Positions 8,004 to 16,407 of a DNA stretch of 32,000 bases are shown here, piece by piece. The notes beneath the pieces were generated by a model that had not been told where the DNA came from, did not search any database, and was given only the letters and a program-made list of their open reading frames with translations. The stretch is taken from assembly GCF_019464535.1 (NCBI RefSeq), contig NZ_CP080507.1, forward strand, positions 3,600,001 to 3,632,000. Reading direction: 5' to 3'. The DNA is from Horticoccus luteus. GTDB taxonomy: Bacteria > Verrucomicrobiota > Verrucomicrobiia > Opitutales > Opitutaceae. The translations under genes and the position numbers were made by a program. Within the stretch, counting starts at the first letter, position 1, and each line of letters begins with the position of its first letter.

Positions 8004-8951
8004 ATGAAAACGAAGCCGGCTCCCTTTTCCTACGCGCCCGCGCAGTTCGTGCCCTTTCGGGACCTCAAAGCCATTGCGCGCGTCCGAAAGATTAAAAAAG
8101 AAAACATCACCAAGCACGCGAATCCCGAGTTCAAAATCTCGGTGATCCCGGATGCCGACGTCGAGTTTCTCTGGATGACAGAGATGTTTCACCGCATCAA
8201 AACTGCGATGGATGCGGGCCAGCCGCTGGTCATGATCATGCCCAATCCGTGGCCGAACTACGTCAAGCTCGCCTACCTCATCAACAAATTCCGCGTCGAT
8301 TGCCGCCGCCTCTACACGTTCAACATGGACGAGTATGCGAACGAAAAGGGCGAGATCGCACCGGAATCATGGGAGTTCGGGTTCATGCACGCGTTCAAGA
8401 AATACTTCTGGTCGCGAATCGATGCGAAGCTCCGTCCGCCGGAGAAAAACGTGCAGGGCCCGACCAACAAGAATATCAAATCCTACGGGAAGATGATCGC
8501 CGATCTCGGCGGAGCCGATATTGTATATAGCGGCCCGGGCTGGGCCGGCCATCTTGCGTTCATCGATCCGTGCGCTCCCGAGTTCGAGGCGGCCAGTCTC
8601 GCCGAATGGAAGCAAATGGGGCCGCGCGTCTGCACGCTGCATCCGCTCACCATCGCGCAAAACTCCCTCCACGGCAGCTTCGGCATGAGCGGCGATCTCG
8701 CCGCCGTCCCCCCGATGGCCGCCACGATCGGTCCGGCCGAAGTCATCGCGGCGAAAAACCGCATCGATATTCACGCCATCACGATCGACGGCTCCTTCGC
8801 CTCGTGGCAGCGCCTTACGACCCGGCTCTGCCTGCACGGCCCCGTCACCCCGCTCGTCCCGCAGTCCATTCTGCAAACGCTGCGCACCGACGTCTGGGTT
8901 TCCGAGTCCGCCGCCGCCAACATCGAGCCGCGCTGGGACAAGGGCTACTGA
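8004..8951 (+). CDS. Glucosamine-6-phosphate deaminase/isomerase (NagB)-like protein with an N-terminal extension
   Basis: ATG at 8004 (MKTKPAPFSY...). FNMDEYANEKGEI resembles the NagB NxDEY motif, and GGADIVYSGPGWAGHLAFIDP resembles the NagB GxGxxGH(I/L)AFNEP motif. The ORF-track extension back to 7722 overlaps the aldolase in another frame and is rejected. Confidence 0.8.
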   Translation: MKTKPAPFSYAPAQFVPFRDLKAIARVRKIKKENITKHANPEFKISVIPDADVEFLWMTEMFHRIKTAMDAGQPLVMIMPNPWPNYVKLAYLINKFRVDCRRLYTFNMDEYANEKGEIAPESWEFGFMHAFKKYFWSRIDAKLRPPEKNVQGPTNKNIKSYGKMIADLGGADIVYSGPGWAGHLAFIDPCAPEFEAASLAEWKQMGPRVCTLHPLTIAQNSLHGSFGMSGDLAAVPPMAATIGPAEVIAAKNRIDIHAITIDGSFASWQRLTTRLCLHGPVTPLVPQSILQTLRTDVWVSESAAANIEPRWDKGY

Positions 8952-8986
8952 TTCGCGCCGGTCGCCGCACGCGCCCCGCTTCCCTC

Positions 8987-9014
8987 CGCGACCCGGGATT
9001 CGTCCCGGGTCGCG
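8987..9014. terminator. Strong GC hairpin between convergent genes (probable bidirectional terminator)
   Basis: Perfect 12-bp stem CGCGACCCGGGA (8987-8998) / TCCCGGGTCGCG (9003-9014) with a TTCG tetraloop. Only a weak T-run follows (GCGTTTGG). It lies between the stops at 8951 (+) and 9026 (-). Confidence 0.6.
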
Positions 9015-9025
9015 CTGCGTTTGGA

Positions 9026-10141
9026 TCAGCGCATCAATGCATCCGCGCACCACATGATCGGCGCCTGCCCATGCAAATCGCCGACCAGCCGCACCGCGTT
9101 AAAGTAGTGCTGCCGGTCGTTCGCCTTGTTCAGGCCCGAGCACACATCGCGCACCCGCCCTTGCTCGTCGATCCGCGCCACCAAGGCGAGCCACCCCCGG
9201 CGCGCCGCCGGACCATACGTCGCTTCGTCCAACCAGCCGTTTTTTACGCCGGTGATGAACGCAAACGTGAACATCCCCGTCGCCGACGATTCCTCCCACG
9301 ATGCCGGATCGTCGATTAACTGGTGCCACATTCCGCTCTGGTCCTGCCTCTTCAACAACGTCGCCATCATGCGCTGGTAACTCACCAGAATGCGGGCGCG
9401 CTGCGAATTCTCGGCCGGCAACGCCGACAGCAACTCCGACATGCCCGCCGCGAACCAGCCGTTGCCGCGCCCCCAAAAGAACGGGACATCCGGCGCGTGA
9501 TAGAAGAGTCCGTTCGGCTGTTGCAGCTTGTCCAGATACGCGACCGCTTCCGCCGCCGCACGATCAATATATTTTTTCTCGCCCGTCGCACGATACGCCT
9601 GCGTTTGCAGCATCGTAATCATATACATGTCATCCACCCAGAAACGCGTGTGCCAGCTCAGCCCCGCCGCGACCCCTTCCTTCGCTTCCGGGCTGAGTTT
9701 GCTTTCATCCGTCGGCGTCGCCCATTGCTGATCCGCCAGCGTCAACCCCGGCGCCAGATAACGCTGGTCGCGAGTCTCCATATACAACTCCAGCGGCACC
9801 GCGCCGAAGACCGTGTAATCGACGTTCAGCGCCGGCGGAATCAGGATGCGCGCGGGGCCCAGCAACGGATCGAAGCGCCGCACCAGGCGCTCATGCAGGG
9901 CGCGATCGCCCGCATCGCGCGCAAACCGCAGCGAACCGATCCACGTGCAGGTTTCCACGTAGTGAATCACCCGCTGCGGCCCAAACAATTGGTAGGGCCG
10001 CGCGAGATAGTTTTCCGCGACGCGATGACCCACTTCATCCGGCGACGCACCCTTTGGCCAGTCGCCAAAACTTCCGGCCGAACAAACGCCGGCACTCACC
10101 ACACCGAGTAACACGAGTCCAAGATAACGCAGGCTGATCAT
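9026..10141 (-). CDS. Secreted unsaturated rhamnogalacturonyl hydrolase (GH105, YteR-like; GH88/GH105 fold)
   Basis: 371 aa. Signal peptide MISLRYLGLVLLGVVSAGVCSAG. RFWVDDMYMITMLQTQAY and FFWGRGNGWFAAGMSELL match the conserved (alpha/alpha)6 catalytic regions of YteR-type enzymes. Confidence 0.88.
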   Translation of the reverse strand: MISLRYLGLVLLGVVSAGVCSAGSFGDWPKGASPDEVGHRVAENYLARPYQLFGPQRVIHYVETCTWIGSLRFARDAGDRALHERLVRRFDPLLGPARILIPPALNVDYTVFGAVPLELYMETRDQRYLAPGLTLADQQWATPTDESKLSPEAKEGVAAGLSWHTRFWVDDMYMITMLQTQAYRATGEKKYIDRAAAEAVAYLDKLQQPNGLFYHAPDVPFFWGRGNGWFAAGMSELLSALPAENSQRARILVSYQRMMATLLKRQDQSGMWHQLIDDPASWEESSATGMFTFAFITGVKNGWLDEATYGPAARRGWLALVARIDEQGRVRDVCSGLNKANDRQHYFNAVRLVGDLHGQAPIMWCADALMR

Positions 10142-10332
10142 CGCGGGCTTCTACGAACGCTTCCGTCGGCGAAGCGAACACATTCGGCTCTCGGCCTCCC
10201 TCAAACCACGCGTTTCGCGCCGCGCGGACCGAAAACTCCGAGGGGCAAACCTGCGCAGGAAAACAACCAGCATTTTTCGTCCCCCGGACTAAGATGCGGC
10301 CTAAATTGCGTTGGCGGTTTATTCCGCCGGTG

Positions 10333-10380
10333 CGGATATCTTCGTTCGTCCGAACCTCGGCTTCTGCCGTCCGGATATCT
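10333..10380. repeat. Direct repeat CGGATATCT x2 flanking a short palindrome, in a 443-bp non-coding spacer
   Basis: CGGATATCT occurs at 10333-10341 and 10372-10380, offset by 39 bp; each copy contains the GATATC palindrome. Between them lies GTTCG-TC-CGAAC (10344-10355). The function is unknown. Confidence 0.4.
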
Positions 10381-10584
10381 CATGCCTCCGTCTTTTCCGC
10401 GCGCCTTATCCGAGCCTTTCCCTTCCGCGGACGGCGAATCCGGTAACGCCCGCCCGCGGCCGCCGTCTTTGTCGCGGACCGTCCCGCTGCCCTCCGCCGC
10501 GGACGCCGGTCTTCGGAGTGGATACCCGGCGCTTGTCGCCCCGTCCGCCTTCCGATCCCAGCCTTGGTTTGAACTCTTCCCGCC

Positions 10585-11505
10585 ATGATCTCGGTCCTTC
10601 GCCCGCTTCGCGTTCCGGCCTGCCGATTCTCCATCGCTCTCGGCGTGTTGGCCTCCGTCGCCTTCGCCGCCGCGCCCGCCACGCCGCCGTCCGGCCGGTC
10701 TCCCCGCCTCGCGAAAACCGGGGATTTCGTCTTCAATATCCTCCCGAAATCACTGCAGAAGAATCCGTATATGGACATGACGTTCAATACGGAATATACC
10801 GCCTACGGTCACACGCTCCCTGCGGCCACACCGGAGCATCCCGTTTATTACGTTTTGCACGATGCGGGCTTTCGCCAACTGGGCTGGAGTGTCGCCCGCG
10901 AAAAGCCACCCGGCGCCGAAACCATGCACGCCGCCTTGATCAAAGCGCTTCGCCAAAACGGCTTCATCGCGGCCGATCCGCCCGCCCATGAGCCCACCCT
11001 CCTGATCAATTACTTCTGGGGTTCGCACAATCGGCCGGACGATGAGACGGCGCACGACTTCCCTGAGTTGATGCGCAAAAACATGACCGAACGGGCGCTC
11101 TTGATCGGCGGCAAAACGCTCGCCGACGAAGTCAACAACACCATTCTCTGGGGCGCCGGACAGCACAACAACGTCGAGAAAATGGAATTCCTCACGGATC
11201 AAGCCGCGGACAACATTTATTATATCGTGGCCTCCGCCTACGATTACCGCGCCTTCGCCCGCAAGGATCGCAAGCTCGTCTGGCGCACCACCATGACGGC
11301 CGCCGCCGATGGCCTCGCCCTCGATCAAACCATGCAACCGCTCATTGCGAGCGGCGCCCAGTTCCTCGGCCACGAAACGACCGAACCGGAGATTGGTTCC
11401 CGCCACATCCTGCGCGATTCCCACGTCGAGATCGGCGATACGATCATGGTCGACGAGAGCGCCTCCTCCGCCACCAAAACGCCACCGGCCAAGAAGGAGA
11501 AGTGA
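10585..11505 (+). CDS. Secreted hypothetical protein (no family recognised)
   Basis: 306 aa with an ATG start. The N-terminus has a basic n-region and a hydrophobic core ending AFAAAPA. The remainder has balanced, globular-looking composition (YYIVASAYDYRAFARKDRKLVWRTTM) and ends in a Lys-rich tail KTPPAKKEK. Confidence 0.65.
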   Translation: MISVLRPLRVPACRFSIALGVLASVAFAAAPATPPSGRSPRLAKTGDFVFNILPKSLQKNPYMDMTFNTEYTAYGHTLPAATPEHPVYYVLHDAGFRQLGWSVAREKPPGAETMHAALIKALRQNGFIAADPPAHEPTLLINYFWGSHNRPDDETAHDFPELMRKNMTERALLIGGKTLADEVNNTILWGAGQHNNVEKMEFLTDQAADNIYYIVASAYDYRAFARKDRKLVWRTTMTAAADGLALDQTMQPLIASGAQFLGHETTEPEIGSRHILRDSHVEIGDTIMVDESASSATKTPPAKKEK

Positions 11506-11584
11506 CGTCGCTCCGCCCATCGCGTGCCAGCGCCCGCCCTGCCGCGGTCGAAACCGCCCGCCTCCACCGCTGAAATTTTCCCCT

Positions 11585-12556
11585 ATGTTGATCGATTGCC
11601 ACAACCACATCGGAGCTGACCTCTTCTTCTACTTTAACGGCTTCTACCCGTATGCGCAGGACCTGCCTGCGCTGGTCACGGAAGGCCGCCGCCAAGGCAT
11701 TGATCGGTGGGTGGTCTTTCCGATGGTTGCGCACACGTGGTTCGACCTCGGCGCCATGCGGCGTGGCGAGCTGAAGCCGGGCGGCCCGGAGAAGATTCCT
11801 TACGCCTTCGAAAACGAGCGCATGCTGCGCGAGATCTACGATCAATTTCCCGACCTCGGCCGCTTCACGCTTCCGTTTGCCATCCTCGATCCCATGCGCG
11901 AGCCCGAGGCGCAAGCCGCCACGCTGCGTGCGCTGCATCGCGACTATCCGTTCTACGGCCTGAAAATCCAGGCCACCATGACCCAGGCCGATTGCGGCGC
12001 CCTGCTCACCACCGGCCGTTGCTTCCTGGAACTCGCCGAAGAGTTGAACCTGCCGTTCCTGATTCACTCCAGTGTGATCGCCAATGATCCGTGGTCCGAA
12101 GCGGGCCTCCTGCTGCGCATCGCCGAACAAACGCCGACCGTGCGATTCTGCCTCGCGCATTCCTGCCGCTTCGATCGTCCCTACCTCGACCGCGTCGCCG
12201 AGTTGCCCAACACTTGGTTCGACTGCTCCGCCCATCGCATCCATTGTCAGGGCGCCGCCCTTGGCCTGCCGTTCGTCGCCGCTGAGAAACGCCGTTTCGC
12301 GGCCGATTACCGGGATCCGACGAGCGTCCTCCACGCGCTCGCGGAAACCTATCCCGATAAACTGCTCTGGGGCTCCGATACGCCCTTCGAAACCTTTATC
12401 GAAAACACCAAAACGAGCAGCATCTCGCTGCGCTCCAGCTATAAGGAAGAAGTCGATTGCCTGCGCGCACTGCCGGGATCCCTGCGGCAAAAAATCGCGC
12501 ACGACAACCTCCTCGCGTTGCTCCAACTCAAGGAACCGGCGATTCTCAACCGCTGA
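11585..12556 (+). CDS. Metal-dependent TIM-barrel amidohydrolase (Amidohydrolase_2-like)
   Basis: ATG at 11585. MLIDCHNHIG carries the HxH metal motif, with LIHSS and CLAHS histidines and the terminal WGSDTPF aspartate. The ORF-track upstream extension (11309) overlaps the previous gene in another frame and is rejected. Confidence 0.8.
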   Translation: MLIDCHNHIGADLFFYFNGFYPYAQDLPALVTEGRRQGIDRWVVFPMVAHTWFDLGAMRRGELKPGGPEKIPYAFENERMLREIYDQFPDLGRFTLPFAILDPMREPEAQAATLRALHRDYPFYGLKIQATMTQADCGALLTTGRCFLELAEELNLPFLIHSSVIANDPWSEAGLLLRIAEQTPTVRFCLAHSCRFDRPYLDRVAELPNTWFDCSAHRIHCQGAALGLPFVAAEKRRFAADYRDPTSVLHALAETYPDKLLWGSDTPFETFIENTKTSSISLRSSYKEEVDCLRALPGSLRQKIAHDNLLALLQLKEPAILNR

Positions 12557-12764
12557 CCGCGTTCCCGCGTGACGACCGCCCCGGCGGCAGCCTCCCCGCG
12601 AGGCGCGCAGCTCGCGCTGTGGACGGCCACGATTCCCTCGCGAGGTCGCCCGCAGCCACCCTCTCCTCCGCTCCGCTGCGCGCTTCGCCGTTTCGCAGCG
12701 TCGCAGAGTAGCCGGCCGCTTCACCTCGCTTAACCCTCCGCGCCACGGCATTCCTGCTCTCGCC

Positions 12765-13145
12765 ATGCAACTCGAACATTTCGCCCTCAACGTCGCCGAT
12801 GCGCGCGCCCACGCTCGCTGGCTCGTGCAACATCTCGGCTTCTCCGTTGCCCGCAGCCGCGTGGACGCGCCCTACACCCACTTCCTGGCCGATGATACCG
12901 GCCGGGTGGTCGTAGAGTTGTATTCGAATCCCCAAGCCGCCGTGCCCGATTACGCCGCCGCCCACCCGCTCTGTTTCCACTTCGCCGTCGTGTCCACCGA
13001 CGCGCACGCCGACCGCCGCCGCCTCGAGGCCGCAGGCGCGACGCATTTCCTCGATGAACCGCAGCCCGACGGTTCCCAACTCGTGATGCTGCGCGATCCG
13101 TGGGGTGTGCCCCTGCAACTCTGCCAGCGCGCCCGCCCGTTTTAA
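12765..13145 (+). CDS. VOC-superfamily (glyoxalase/bleomycin-resistance/dioxygenase fold) protein
   Basis: 126 aa. MQLEHFALNV...HFAVVSTD...LRDPWGVPLQL shows the paired beta-alpha-beta-beta-beta module pattern, with the H/E metal-ligand positions typical of VOC proteins. Confidence 0.8.
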   Translation: MQLEHFALNVADARAHARWLVQHLGFSVARSRVDAPYTHFLADDTGRVVVELYSNPQAAVPDYAAAHPLCFHFAVVSTDAHADRRRLEAAGATHFLDEPQPDGSQLVMLRDPWGVPLQLCQRARPF

Positions 13146-13326
13146 GCGCGCATGCCGCCGGTGTCCGCGCCGCAGGGTGCGGCCAAGCATATTTCATCGG
13201 CGTCGCGAAAATGCGCTGCCAATTGCGTTGGCTGCGCTCCGGCGAGCCCGCACCGTGTCGGTTATGCTGCCCCTTTCCGTCTCGCTGCCGACCGCAGGTC
13301 CTAAAGCTCTTTTTCTTCGTCATCGG

Positions 13327-16300
13327 ATGCGCAGCCTCCTGCAGCTCTCGTGCGCGCTGATGGCCGCCCTCCTCTTTGTTCGCGCCGCGCGCAGCCAGGT
13401 CACGCTCACGCACGACGGGCAACCCACCTCCGTCATCCTCACGGCCACCAACCGCAGCGCCATTGTGCTGCTCGCCGCCCAAGAACTGCAGAAGCATCTG
13501 CAGATCATGTCGGGCGCGCTCGTGCCCATCGATTTTGTCGGCCAGGAATCCCACTACAACGGCAAGAGCCTGATCTACCTCGGCACCGGCGTCGCCGCTC
13601 CCTCCACGGCGGAGTTTTATACCATCCGCACGGTCGGCACCAACCTCTACATCGTCGGCAAGGACACCGGCTCGACCAACTACACCGATCTCTCCGGCTG
13701 TCAGCCCGGCAACCTCTTTGGCGTTTATCATCTGCTCAACGAAATCCTCGGCGTCCGCTGGCTCTGGCCCGGCGACCTCGGCATCGTGGCGCCGCCCACA
13801 CCAACCATCATCGTGCCCGCGACCGATCTCACCACGGGACCCAACATGGTGCAGCGCAAATTCCGCAACCCGCGCGACGGCTTCTACACCGGCGGCGCGT
13901 CCTCCTACGTCGGCACCGCGCTCACGATTCCCGCCGTGCCCACCGATGCCGCCACGCGCCTCCAACTCGGCAACGAAGAGCTCCTCTGGCAACGCCGCAT
14001 GCGCATGGGCACCCGCAAAAATCTCTCGTTCGGTCACTCGGAAACGAAGTGGTGGGCGACCTATGGCGCCACGCACCCGGAGTATTTCGCCGTCCTCTAT
14101 TCCGGTTCCCAGCCCAAGCCCGCCGCCGACCGCGTCAAACTCCACGTCTCCGGCGACGCCACGATCGCCGCCAAAGTCCAGGAATGGATCAACCTCGGCA
14201 AACCCAGCACGTTCAACGTCTGCCCCAACGACAGTCGCAACTTCTGCGTCTGCCCCGAGTGCCTCGCGTGGGATTACCCGTCCCAGCCCGCCAGCATCAT
14301 CAACTCCGATAGCTCCGCGCTGCTCAGCGATCGCTACGCCCGCTGGTATACCGAGCTCGCCAACCGCATCAAAGCCATCCGCCCCGACACCATCCTCTAC
14401 GGTTACGCCTACGACGTTTACCGCAAAGCGCCGATCATGGCCACTGTCCCCGACAACGTCGCCCTCGCCTACATCCCCGGCGCGGCGAGCGATACCGTCA
14501 AATCGCAGATCGCCGACACCGAAGCCGACGTCCTCGGCTGGATCGCCCACGGCTGCACCCAAATGTATCTTCGGCCCAACTGGATGCTCTCCGCGCACGC
14601 CGGCCCCTTCTGGCCCACCTACCGCATGGGCAACCACTTTCGCGACATGCTCGCCGGCGGCTATCTGCTCGGCCTCGATTCCGATAGCTCCGCCGGCAGC
14701 TACTCCAACTTTGGGCTATATTATTATATGGTCGCCCGACTGATGTCCAAGCCGACCATCACGATTGACCAGATCATGGATGAATATTGCTCCGGCTTCG
14801 GCCGCGCCGCCGGCCGCATGCGCGACTATTTCAGCTATTGGGAAAACTTCATTTATAACCAGGCCGACCAAGGCAACACCGACATCCTCGGCTGGTCCAC
14901 CGGCATGGCGGCGTATGGCGCGACCTACACCGATGCCGCCTTCGACGGCGCGGAAAAAATCCTCGACGATGCCGTCGCCCAACTCGGCGCCGGCGAAACC
15001 GCCGCCCGCGACCGCATCGCCTTTCTCCGCATCGCCTGCATCCACGGCCGTCTCACCGCGCAAGCCCTTCGCCTGACCGATACGACCAAGAAGACCGTCG
15101 CCCTCCGCGCCCTCCTCGCCTATCGCAACGCCACCGCCAGCACCTTCGCCCTCTGGCGCGAATGGCTGATCGATCGCGAGGGCTACGGCGCCGGCCTCAC
15201 CAGCCTCTGGACCGCCGTGCTCGCTACGCCCACCATCGGCTACGGCTCCAACGCCGGTGCGTTCATCGACTCCGGCGGCCAGGTCGTGCTCGAAGCCGAA
15301 CACGCCACCGCACGCACCGCCGGCACCGGCACCTTCGCCGGCGTCGCCTGGCAGGACAACACCACCACGCCCGGCGCCATCGGCACCGCCGTGCAAGCCC
15401 TGCCCAACGCCGGCGCCGCCGCCAACGAAACCACCAGCACGCCCCGCCTCGACTTCACCGTCGATTTCCGCAGCACCGGCACGTGGTATGTCTGGGTCCG
15501 CCTCCCCGCCCTCGCCGCCGCCGACGACTCCGTCAACATCGGCCTCGACGGTGCCATCACCGCGAAGAATCTGCAGAACACCTCCGGCGCGTGGACGTGG
15601 ACCAACACCGGCACCGCGGGCCGCGCCACCATCAACATCACCACCATCGGCGTTCACACGTTCAACGTCTGGATGCGCGAGGACGGCGTCGTGCTCGACC
15701 GCATTCTTCTCACCAACAACGCCGCCTTCTCCCTCGCCCCCACCGACACCGGCCCCGCCGAAAGCGCCACTCGCGCGACCACCGAGCACCTGCTCGTCGT
15801 CGGCTCCGGCACCGGCGATGGCTACTACGGCGAAAGCTCTTTCGTCGCCCTCTCCGCCGACCCCGCGCCCGCCAACTACATCTTCGACCGCTGGGTGGGC
15901 GATACCGCCGGCCTCCTCAGTCCGACCTCCGCCAACACCACGCTGGCGATGCCCGCCGCCGACACCCGCGTCGACGCTTCCTATAAACTCAGCCCGAGCG
16001 CCGACTCCGATGGCGATGGCATTCTCGACGCGTGGGAACTCGCCCACTTCGGCAATCTCACCACCGCCAACGCCACGTCCGACACCGACGGCGACGGCGT
16101 GACCGACCACGACGAGTTCCTCGCCGGCACCGACCCCAACGACCCGAACTCCCGCCTGCGCATCACCAGCATGATCAAAAACGCCCAGGGCGACATCGTT
16201 CTCCAATGGCCCGGCGTCGCCGGCAAAACCTACCGCCTGATGACCACCACCGATTTGCAAAGCGGCCAGTGGACACCCATCTCCGTCGATATCGCCGCCG

Positions 16301-16371
16301 TGACCCCGGTCACCACCTACACCGTGCGCACCAGCTCGCCGCGCCTCTTCTTGCGCGTTGAAGTCGAGTGA
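13327..16371 (+). CDS. Large secreted multidomain protein: DUF4838-like glycoside-hydrolase-type domain, CBM-like beta-sandwich, InlB-B-like repeat, thrombospondin-type-3 Asp repeats and a C-terminal beta domain
   Basis: Signal peptide MRSLLQLSCALMAALLFVRAARSQ (ATG 13327; ATG 13264 is an alternative). The N-terminal ~640 aa resemble DUF4838 proteins (TLTHDGQPTSVIL...AAQELQKHL...FNVCPNDSRNFCVCPECLAWDYP). At 15277-15722, VLEAEHA...WTWTN...VVLDRILLTNN looks like a carbohydrate-binding module. FDRWVGDTAG is the divergent InlB B-repeat. DSDGDGILD and DTDGDGVTD are TSP3-like Ca-binding repeats. Confidence 0.8.
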   Translation: MRSLLQLSCALMAALLFVRAARSQVTLTHDGQPTSVILTATNRSAIVLLAAQELQKHLQIMSGALVPIDFVGQESHYNGKSLIYLGTGVAAPSTAEFYTIRTVGTNLYIVGKDTGSTNYTDLSGCQPGNLFGVYHLLNEILGVRWLWPGDLGIVAPPTPTIIVPATDLTTGPNMVQRKFRNPRDGFYTGGASSYVGTALTIPAVPTDAATRLQLGNEELLWQRRMRMGTRKNLSFGHSETKWWATYGATHPEYFAVLYSGSQPKPAADRVKLHVSGDATIAAKVQEWINLGKPSTFNVCPNDSRNFCVCPECLAWDYPSQPASIINSDSSALLSDRYARWYTELANRIKAIRPDTILYGYAYDVYRKAPIMATVPDNVALAYIPGAASDTVKSQIADTEADVLGWIAHGCTQMYLRPNWMLSAHAGPFWPTYRMGNHFRDMLAGGYLLGLDSDSSAGSYSNFGLYYYMVARLMSKPTITIDQIMDEYCSGFGRAAGRMRDYFSYWENFIYNQADQGNTDILGWSTGMAAYGATYTDAAFDGAEKILDDAVAQLGAGETAARDRIAFLRIACIHGRLTAQALRLTDTTKKTVALRALLAYRNATASTFALWREWLIDREGYGAGLTSLWTAVLATPTIGYGSNAGAFIDSGGQVVLEAEHATARTAGTGTFAGVAWQDNTTTPGAIGTAVQALPNAGAAANETTSTPRLDFTVDFRSTGTWYVWVRLPALAAADDSVNIGLDGAITAKNLQNTSGAWTWTNTGTAGRATINITTIGVHTFNVWMREDGVVLDRILLTNNAAFSLAPTDTGPAESATRATTEHLLVVGSGTGDGYYGESSFVALSADPAPANYIFDRWVGDTAGLLSPTSANTTLAMPAADTRVDASYKLSPSADSDGDGILDAWELAHFGNLTTANATSDTDGDGVTDHDEFLAGTDPNDPNSRLRITSMIKNAQGDIVLQWPGVAGKTYRLMTTTDLQSGQWTPISVDIAAVTPVTTYTVRTSSPRLFLRVEVE

Positions 16372-16407
16372 TTGCACGCGCCGCCTTTATCATTCACCCT
16401 CCCTTTT

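Noticed and set aside
10311-10991. A 226-aa ORF, plus small ORFs at 10201-10383 (minus strand) and 10382-10588, lie in or span the 443-bp spacer.
   Set aside because: Their composition is Arg/Pro/Ser-rich junk-like sequence. The 226-aa ORF overlaps the better-supported 10585-11505 gene out of frame. There are no motifs and no plausible signal or start context.
12787-14637. Very long antisense ORFs lie opposite recognisable genes. Examples: 12787-14637 (616 aa), 14716-16377 (553 aa), 17228-19132 (634 aa), 23113-24585 (490 aa), 25472-27007 (511 aa), 26802-28106 (434 aa), 28717-30204 (495 aa), 20726-21952, 5635-6879, 7103-7957 and 11444-12790.
   Set aside because: Their translations are dominated by G/A/R/V/D/E runs with no recognisable motifs, while the opposite strand encodes clear families (KduI/KduD, UxaC, GH28, KdgK and others). 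In GC-rich genomes with GC-rich third positions, the antisense frame is depleted of stop codons. These are shadow ORFs, not overlapping genes.
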